Positions 25,975-32,000 of a stretch of DNA of 32,000 nucleotides are shown here, piece after piece. Positions within the stretch are counted from its first letter, which is position 1, and each line of letters starts with the position of its first letter. Under the pieces are notes generated by a model, which worked only from the letters and a program-made list of their open reading frames with translations, did no database searches and was not told the DNA's origin. Where the stretch lies: the NCBI GenBank assembly GCA_000175855.1, contig ACYB01000001.1, forward strand, positions 1 to 32,000, given 5' to 3'. The position numbers and the translations under genes are program-made. Origin of the DNA: Raphidiopsis brookii D9 (GTDB lineage Bacteria > Cyanobacteriota > Cyanobacteriia > Cyanobacteriales > Nostocaceae).

Positions 25975-27315
25975 CTAATCCTTGTTTTTTCTTAAACGCA
26001 CTAAGAAAAAACCGTCCATAAGCTGTTGGTGTGGCCAGAGCTTTAACCATCCGGGGGAGGAAACATCCAGAAAATCAAAGTTTGGCTTTTCCATCTCCCA
26101 CTGGGGATTGATATGCAAAAATTCTCTAATTAGGTCCTCGTTCTCCTGGGGATGCAAGGTGCAAGTAGCATAGACTAAGACTCCTCCTGGCTTGACAAAC
26201 TTGGCAGTATGGGATATAAGTTCTTTCTGTATGTGAGCAAGATCTCCTACGGAGCTAGGGTCTTGTCGCCAGCGTGCATCAGCGTGACGGTGCATAGTCC
26301 CTAAACCAGAACAGGGAGCGTCTAACAGTACCCGGTCAGCTACATGGTGGAATTGAGTAAAATTGCGACTGTCTCCAGGAAAAATTTCAATGGATTGCAA
26401 ACGGAGACGTTGAGCATTTTCACTGAGTTTACGTAAGCGAGAAGGAGTGCGATCGCAGGCATATATTTTGCCATTATCACCCATTAATTCGGCAATGTGG
26501 GTGGTTTTTCCCCCGGGGGCGGCACAAACATCAATAATCACCTCACCAGGCTTAGGATCGAGCAAATGACCAACTAACTGGGCCGCAGCATCTTGTATGC
26601 ACCACCATCCCTCAGTGAAACCTGGTAAATTTTGAATTGGTCCAGCAGGGTTGACTAACCTTAACCCCTGGGGTAAGTGGGGTATCCTATCCACTAAAAT
26701 ACCAGCCTTTTTAAAAACTGATTCCACCATTTCTAGGGAAGCTCGAAGAATATTGACCCGTAAATCAATCGTCGGAGTTTGATTCATCCACTGACAGAGT
26801 TTTTCCGTTTCTTCCTGGCCCAACTGTGATAACCAAACCTCAATTACCCAATTGGGAAAGCTGTATAAAATACCTAGTCTTTCTACCAAATTTTCCGGAA
26901 GGATCAGGGGATCAGAGGTCTTTTCCAAAAGACGTATATATTGGCGTAAAAAACCATTCACAAAACCAGTTAACCCGGGGAAACCATTTTCTTTTGCCAG
27001 TTGCACAGTAGTATTGACAGCAGCAGAAACGGGGATTTTTTGTTGGTAACGCAGTTGATACAAACCCAGATGCAAAATACATCGCAGATCCCTTGGCTGT
27101 TGTTGTGATTTTTTATCAGCAATTTGGTCAATTATTGCATCTAAGCTGCGTTGTCTCCTCACACTACCGTAGACCAATTCTGTCATTAATCGTCGGTCAT
27201 GATCAGACAACTTAAACTTCTGTAAAGTGCGATCGATAGCAATATCAGCATAAGCTCCCCGGTGTACTTCTCTGAGAGCAGTAAATGCTATTTGTCGAGT
27301 AGATAAGGTTTTCAT
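25975..27315 (-). CDS. rsmB: 16S rRNA (cytosine967-C5)-methyltransferase RsmB/Sun
   Basis: NusB-like N-terminus 'RQIAFTALREVHRGAYADI', SAM site 'DVCAAPGGKT', catalytic 'LLDAPCSGLGT' and 'VYATCT'. The start is set at ATG 27315 (MKTLSTRQ); the track ORF extends to 27372. Confidence 0.9.
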   Translation of the reverse strand: MKTLSTRQIAFTALREVHRGAYADIAIDRTLQKFKLSDHDRRLMTELVYGSVRRQRSLDAIIDQIADKKSQQQPRDLRCILHLGLYQLRYQQKIPVSAAVNTTVQLAKENGFPGLTGFVNGFLRQYIRLLEKTSDPLILPENLVERLGILYSFPNWVIEVWLSQLGQEETEKLCQWMNQTPTIDLRVNILRASLEMVESVFKKAGILVDRIPHLPQGLRLVNPAGPIQNLPGFTEGWWCIQDAAAQLVGHLLDPKPGEVIIDVCAAPGGKTTHIAELMGDNGKIYACDRTPSRLRKLSENAQRLRLQSIEIFPGDSRNFTQFHHVADRVLLDAPCSGLGTMHRHADARWRQDPSSVGDLAHIQKELISHTAKFVKPGGVLVYATCTLHPQENEDLIREFLHINPQWEMEKPNFDFLDVSSPGWLKLWPHQQLMDGFFLVRLRKNKD

Positions 27316-27413
27316 AAAAGGATCATTATACCATTTTAACATGCACTGAACAAAGGGAATTGCCTGGGGCAATTCCCTTCTTGCACAGTTGTCAAAGGTG
27401 CTGTGGTATTGAT

Positions 27414-28274
27414 TTATCTTCTTCTGCTACCAAAACCGCCAGAGCGCCGAACCCCAGAAGAACGAGATCCACTGCCAAAACTACTACCAGAATTACGTCG
27501 CAGAGAACTAGACCGCCCTGATGAGCGGAGATTACTACCCCCAAAGCCAGATCCAGTAGCTCTACCACCAGTATTATTCCGATTTGTCAATCCACTATTA
27601 GATCTAAGGGATCCAGTAGTACGGAAAACTGCACGATTTCTCACAGCTGCAGGTGGTTGATTATAGCGACTTTGATAACTAGAAACTGCTGCATTATAGC
27701 TAGAACCATATCCACCATGACCATAAATACCACCGGGTTGATAAACGGGGGGTACGTAGTACTGAGGTCTGAATAACATACTACCAATGGCCTGACCTGC
27801 TATATTACCAGCTACAGCAGCTGCGAAAGGAGTCCAGAAACTAGACTCTTGACGGACAAAAACCGTTTCCTGCTGTCCGGTTTGAGGATTACTTCTGGTT
27901 TCGGTAACATTATGGACATACTCAATTTTAAAGTCCTCGGTTATATATAAGGCTAGTTGTCCATTCTCCACCTTTAAATAACTTTTTTTGCCCTCTTTGA
28001 CTTCCTCATCAGTTAAACGAGCCATTTGTAATTTCTCCGTGGCAAAAGTTGGTGGTTGATTGCCCAGCAAAAATAGGGTATACTCACCATTGGCATCGTT
28101 ATAAGTAACCTGTTGTACTTGATACTGTCCATCATTGAGTTTAGTGGGGGTTGCACTTTGACTACCATTGGAGTAGGTGGTATTTTGGGAACCTCCCCCA
28201 CAAGCAATGGTTGTTAAGCACAAAGTTAGGGCTAAACAAACAATTGTCAGTTTACGCATTATAGTCTTGACCAT
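27414..28274 (-). CDS. Putative lipoprotein with a Gly/Ser/Arg-rich low-complexity C-terminal tail
   Basis: 'MVKTIMRKLTIVCLALTLCLTTIACGG' is a signal peptide plus a lipobox-like Cys. The last ~78 aa are G/S/R-rich, ending 'GFGSRRR'. The start is set at ATG 28274; the track ORF begins at a TTG at 28334. Confidence 0.65.
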   Translation of the reverse strand: MVKTIMRKLTIVCLALTLCLTTIACGGGSQNTTYSNGSQSATPTKLNDGQYQVQQVTYNDANGEYTLFLLGNQPPTFATEKLQMARLTDEEVKEGKKSYLKVENGQLALYITEDFKIEYVHNVTETRSNPQTGQQETVFVRQESSFWTPFAAAVAGNIAGQAIGSMLFRPQYYVPPVYQPGGIYGHGGYGSSYNAAVSSYQSRYNQPPAAVRNRAVFRTTGSLRSNSGLTNRNNTGGRATGSGFGGSNLRSSGRSSSLRRNSGSSFGSGSRSSGVRRSGGFGSRRR

Positions 28275-28339
28275 TTGAATAATTTGATTTTTCCGGGGTG
28301 TTATTTTTGATTGCCAATAACTCAAGGTTAACAAGAAAA

Positions 28340-28927
28340 TTAGAGAGGAATCAACTCTGGATAATATTCTAACAAATGATCATCTGTCAGTTCATCGCCC
28401 AAGCGTGCAGGAGAGAAGTGAACTTGGATGGCTCTAAGTTTATTTTGGTAGTGTAAGTTCACTAATGATTTTAACCCAGCTTTGAGGGAAGAAATCTGGG
28501 CTAGATTTGTTTCTATTTCTGGTACTTCACCTTCAAAAGCAACTGTGATCATAACTAGCACATTCCGGGTAACGGGAATGGATAACGCCTGACCTGGACT
28601 AGAACCGGTATCAAGGTCAGCTCCATATCTCCCCGCAGAATCAGTAAATAATTCATTTACATAGTCTCCCGCTTCTCCCTCGTTCCAGAATACATCTCCC
28701 TCATTACCAGCAGCAACCCAGCACTGGTCATATCTCAACAGGGTTTCACACACTGTGACTAGTTGCTCTCCTAATGATTCTAAATCACCTTCAGCATCTA
28801 TTGCTTCTCTAGCAGCACTATTTAAGACTCCTAAAATTGGTGCCACTTCCTGACCATTCAGGTGCAAAAATATACGGGAGACTACGTAACGTGTTCTACC
28901 GATAAACTTATTAAATAAATTGGCCAT
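28340..28927 (-). CDS. Conserved hypothetical protein (195 aa; possibly DUF1517-like, uncertain)
   Basis: Long ORF with an ATG start. It is acidic and ends 66 nt upstream of the lipoprotein gene on the same strand. The family assignment comes from weak recall only. Confidence 0.55.
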   Translation of the reverse strand: MANLFNKFIGRTRYVVSRIFLHLNGQEVAPILGVLNSAAREAIDAEGDLESLGEQLVTVCETLLRYDQCWVAAGNEGDVFWNEGEAGDYVNELFTDSAGRYGADLDTGSSPGQALSIPVTRNVLVMITVAFEGEVPEIETNLAQISSLKAGLKSLVNLHYQNKLRAIQVHFSPARLGDELTDDHLLEYYPELIPL

Positions 28928-29006
28928 TTTTTCCCAATAGATTTTGTAGTCCTTTATTCCAATATGATATCAGAAAGAGGGATTAGGAAAGGAAGAGAAA
29001 AGAAGA

Positions 29007-29543
29007 TTAAATCAATCTCTGGTTCATCAGTTTTTGGTATTCTGCTTCACTAATGAGGTCTTGGGGAGATTCGACCCGGTCTAAAAATACTAAACCTTCC
29101 AAGTGATCATACTCATGTTGAAAAATTCTTGCCACGAAGTTGACTAACTCCTGTTTTTGAAAATTACCATTTCTATCAGTATATTCCACTTGAATTCTTT
29201 CATACCTAGGAACCAAACCCCTGATTCCTGGAACACTTAAACAACCTTCCCATCCTTTGGTAATTTCTGTTCCATAACCAACTATTTTAGGATTAATCAT
29301 TGGTGTTGGCTCCATTTCCGGTGCGTGGGGATATCTGGGATTAGGACGGGAAGCTACAATAAATAGGCGCAATGATTGGGCCACTTGGGGTGCAGCAATG
29401 CCCACCCCATTGGACTGGGCAACTGTGGTTATTAAATGATCAATTAGTTGTTGTATTTCCCGATCATTTATCGCTTCAATTTCTGTAGCTTTTTGCTGTA
29501 ATAAGAGATTGCCCAATTGAATAATTGATGATTTACCAGTCAT
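29007..29543 (-). CDS. def: Peptide deformylase
   Basis: All three PDF motifs are present: 'GVGIAAPQV', 'EGCLSVPG' and 'QHEYDHLEG'. Confidence 0.95.
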   Translation of the reverse strand: MTGKSSIIQLGNLLLQQKATEIEAINDREIQQLIDHLITTVAQSNGVGIAAPQVAQSLRLFIVASRPNPRYPHAPEMEPTPMINPKIVGYGTEITKGWEGCLSVPGIRGLVPRYERIQVEYTDRNGNFQKQELVNFVARIFQHEYDHLEGLVFLDRVESPQDLISEAEYQKLMNQRLI

Positions 29544-29574
29544 ATTTTAACTTCCTATTTCCTACTATTAATTA

Positions 29575-29592
29575 CTATACTAGATAGTATAG
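29575..29592. promoter_or_regulatory. Perfect 18-bp palindrome 'ctatactagatagtatag' upstream of def
   Basis: 8-bp arms with a 2-bp centre, 32 nt upstream of the def ATG. It contains TATACT/TAGTAT -10-like hexamers on both strands. Confidence 0.35.
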
Positions 29593-29619
29593 CATGTTAT
29601 TTAAGCCCGTGTTGTAAAA

Positions 29620-30792
29620 CTATCTTCGGGATCTTATCGGTAGGGGTCCTGGCTTAACAGTTAAATTTAAATTTGTACCATTACGCTCCACTTCTATTGC
29701 CAGAGGAGTTCCAATTTGACTTTTTTCTACAAGTTTTTGCACTTCCTCGACTTTAGTAATTGATTGGTTGTTAATGCTTTTAATTACATCCCCTGCTCTT
29801 AGTCCTCCCTCTGCTGCTGGTGATTGAGGAACAATTCTAACTAAGAATACTCCTTTATCAGTAATAATATTGACCCTACCATCAAATCTACCAACTATTC
29901 TATTCTTAATCTCAGGAGTGAGGGTGATCATTTCTACTCCCAAATAAGGATGATCAACGCGACCATTGGTAATTAATTCTTGGGCAATTTTTTTCACGGT
30001 ATTAATGGGAATAGCAAAACCTAAACCTTGGGCACCTTGAATAATCGCAGTGTTCATACCTATGGCTTCCCCGCGAGCATTTAAAAGCGGACCCCCAGAA
30101 TTACCTGGATTAATCGCTGCATCAGTTTGTAAGTAATCTACCCGTTTATCACTAGCACCAATATCAGTGCTAGACCGATCTGTAGCGCTGATGATGCCAG
30201 AAGTTACGGTATTGTTTAAACCTAAAGGATTACCAATAGCAATTACTGCTTCTCCAGGCTGTAAGTCACTGGAATTACCTAGAGTTAAAGTGGGCAGATT
30301 TTGAGCATTAATTTGGATAACTGCCACGTCTGTAACCGCATCTTCGCCCAACACCTTACCATCAAAACTACGCCCGTCTTTCAGAGTTACTGTTACCTGA
30401 TCCGCACCGTCTACCACATGGGAATTAGTTAAAATTTGACCAGAAGCATTAATGATAAATCCTGAACCACTACCTCTTTCTACCCTTTGTTCTGGTTGGG
30501 GAAGAGCATCACCAAAAAATCTACGTAAGAATGGGTCAGAAAACTCTTCTGGTACTTGAGAGGTAACAGTTCTGGCAGAGTCAATACGGACAACCGCACT
30601 TCCCACTTTTTGCACTACTTGAACAATAAAATTTGGATCACCACCAACTACGACCACAGAATTGGACTTAGTGGTTGATTCAACTTGAGGGTTGATTTTT
30701 TGTGGTGTGAGATTTCTGCCATTTAAATTGGAGCAGCCTGTCACAATTACGATTAGTCCAGTCATGAATATTGAGCGTTTTAATTGAGCCAT
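29620..30792 (-). CDS. HtrA/DegP-family serine protease (trypsin-like domain + PDZ)
   Basis: Catalytic triad context 'TNSHVV', 'DVAVI' and 'GNSGGPLLN', with a C-terminal PDZ ('GLRAGDVIKSINNQSI'). The start is set at ATG 30792 ('MAQLKRSIFMTGLIVIVTGCS', signal/lipobox-like); the track ORF extends to 30867. Confidence 0.9.
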   Translation of the reverse strand: MAQLKRSIFMTGLIVIVTGCSNLNGRNLTPQKINPQVESTTKSNSVVVVGGDPNFIVQVVQKVGSAVVRIDSARTVTSQVPEEFSDPFLRRFFGDALPQPEQRVERGSGSGFIINASGQILTNSHVVDGADQVTVTLKDGRSFDGKVLGEDAVTDVAVIQINAQNLPTLTLGNSSDLQPGEAVIAIGNPLGLNNTVTSGIISATDRSSTDIGASDKRVDYLQTDAAINPGNSGGPLLNARGEAIGMNTAIIQGAQGLGFAIPINTVKKIAQELITNGRVDHPYLGVEMITLTPEIKNRIVGRFDGRVNIITDKGVFLVRIVPQSPAAEGGLRAGDVIKSINNQSITKVEEVQKLVEKSQIGTPLAIEVERNGTNLNLTVKPGPLPIRSRR

Positions 30793-30880
30793 GGAAGGAT
30801 GAATGAAGGTGGAAAATAAGTAATTGATCATAATTTTGTGGTGGAGCTGGTGGGGGATTGGAAGCATGAGCTAGGATAGC

Positions 30881-30904
30881 GGAAAATTTGCCAGGAAAAT
30901 TTGC
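30881..30904 (+). promoter_or_regulatory. Two direct copies of 'ggaaaatttgc' (13-bp spacing) abutting a TAGTAT -10-like hexamer upstream of dnaN
   Basis: Copies at 30881-30891 and 30894-30904. TAGTAT lies at 30905-30910, and the dnaN ATG is at 30938. Confidence 0.3.
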
Positions 30905-30937
30905 TAGTATGATCCTTCACTATCTGTGTTCAGATTT

Positions 30938-32000
30938 ATGAAATTAATTTGCTCTCAAAGCGATCTTAGTACCAATCTCGCCCTGGTCAGTCGTGCAGTG
31001 CCATCTAGACCCACCCATCCCATATTAGCTAATGTACTTTTGCAAGCAGATGAAAATACGAACCAAGTTAGTTTAACAGCTTTTGATTTAAGCTTAGGTA
31101 TTCGTACCAGTTTCACTGCGGAGGTAATAGAAGGTGGAGCAATTGCTCTCCCTGCTAAAATCTTAGTGGATATTACTTCCCGCTTACCAGAGGGGGATAT
31201 TACCCTAGATAACCAGTCGGGGAGATCTAAGGCTAAGGCAGAAGGTATAAATTTTATTCTAAAGCCCAAAAATGGTAAGTACGAACTGCGGTCCATGGGG
31301 GCAGAAGAATTTCCCGAATTACCCCTAATTGAGAATTCCAATGCCATTCAACTGACTACTGCGGCTCTAGTTGAGGGTTTAAAAGGTTCATTATTTGCTA
31401 CTAGTAGTGATGAAACCAAGCAGGTTCTAACAGGGGTACATTTAACAGTTAAACAAGATGTTTTAGAATTTGCAGCTACGGATGGACATCGGCTAGCAGT
31501 GTTAGAAACCATTAATGAACGCCCCCTAGAAAATGATGAACAACTAGAAGTGACCGTACCTGCCAGGGCATTACGAGAACTACAGAGGATGCTAAATCAT
31601 AGCGCTTCAGAAGAAGCAGTGTCTTTGTACTTAGACGAAGGTCAAATAGTATTTGCTTGGCAAAATCAACGTTTAACTAGTCGCACCTTGGAGGGTCAAT
31701 ACCCTTCCTATAGACAATTAATACCTCGTCAGTTTGAAAGACAACTGGTGTTAGAAAGAAAACAATTTATTAGCACTTTGGAACGAATTGCCATACTAGC
31801 TGACCAGAAAAATAATATTGTTAAAATCAATATTAATACTGGAGACCAGGAAATTACTTTATCATGTGAGGCTCAAGATGTAGGTAATGCTACTGAGTCT
31901 ATGCCCGCACAAATTTCCGGAGAAGACATTGTTATTGCTTTTAATGTCAAATATTTACTAGAAGGACTCAAAGAATTGCCATCCACAGAAATTCAGATGC
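30938..32000 (+). CDS. dnaN: DNA polymerase III beta sliding clamp (partial, 3' end outside the window)
   Basis: My own translation from ATG 30938 gives 'MKLICSQSDLSTNLALVSRAVPSRPTHPILANVLLQADENTNQVSLTAFDLSLGIRT...QVLTGVHL...ATDGHRLAV'. The frame stays open to the window end, which explains its absence from the ORF track. The 130-aa minus-strand ORF at 30955-31347 is its antisense shadow. Confidence 0.95.
   Translation, partial: MKLICSQSDLSTNLALVSRAVPSRPTHPILANVLLQADENTNQVSLTAFDLSLGIRTSFTAEVIEGGAIALPAKILVDITSRLPEGDITLDNQSGRSKAKAEGINFILKPKNGKYELRSMGAEEFPELPLIENSNAIQLTTAALVEGLKGSLFATSSDETKQVLTGVHLTVKQDVLEFAATDGHRLAVLETINERPLENDEQLEVTVPARALRELQRMLNHSASEEAVSLYLDEGQIVFAWQNQRLTSRTLEGQYPSYRQLIPRQFERQLVLERKQFISTLERIAILADQKNNIVKININTGDQEITLSCEAQDVGNATESMPAQISGEDIVIAFNVKYLLEGLKELPSTEIQM

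Noticed and set aside
27403-27660. 85-aa Pro/Arg/Leu-rich plus-strand ORF
   Set aside because: It is the antisense reading of the Gly/Ser/Arg-rich tail of the lipoprotein gene, a low-complexity artefact.
30793-30937. oriC upstream of dnaN
   Set aside because: The intergenic region is only ~145 bp and has a single imperfect DnaA-box-like sequence (GTGGAAAA) with no box cluster or AT-rich unwinding element. That is not enough to call an origin.
30955-31347. 130-aa minus-strand ORF near the right end
   Set aside because: It lies antisense to the clearly recognisable dnaN reading frame, which starts at 30938 on the plus strand and is absent from the track only because it has no stop codon within the window.

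Overview
The sequence is AT-rich and carries at least 9 copies of the HIP1 octamer GCGATCGC, which fits a filamentous (Nostocales-like) cyanobacterium. All calls rest on motif recognition by eye; no searches were run.

The left ~13 kb looks like an accessory, defence-island-type block:
- Two tandem copies of a MITE-like repeat (1-830).
- A decayed type-1 BREX cassette on the minus strand. It contains brxB, brxC and a pglX methyltransferase broken by two homopolymer frameshifts. brxA is absent, and pglZ/brxL are not in the window.
- An intact, signal-peptide-bearing RNase T2 gene wedged between brxC and pglX.
- A 640-bp ORF-poor structured spacer, then queE, a PD-(D/E)XK nuclease gene remnant, an AlbA_2/Schlafen-type ATPase and two tandem DUF29 genes.

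The right ~19 kb is ordinary core genome: GUN4-domain protein, dnaX, a conserved hypothetical, rpsA, a HAD hydrolase, a TPR protein, an orphan divergent pstB-like ATPase, a NUDIX hydrolase, folK, a small membrane protein, a class A PBP with an Arg-rich 72-bp x3 tandem repeat, a TerB-like protein, rsmB, a lipoprotein with a Gly/Ser/Arg tail, a conserved hypothetical, def, an HtrA protease and the 5' part of dnaN (missing from the ORF track because it runs off the window).

The best candidates for something undescribed are the BREX-embedded secreted RNase T2 and the AlbA_2 + DUF29 x2 module. Both are hypotheses, not demonstrated systems.
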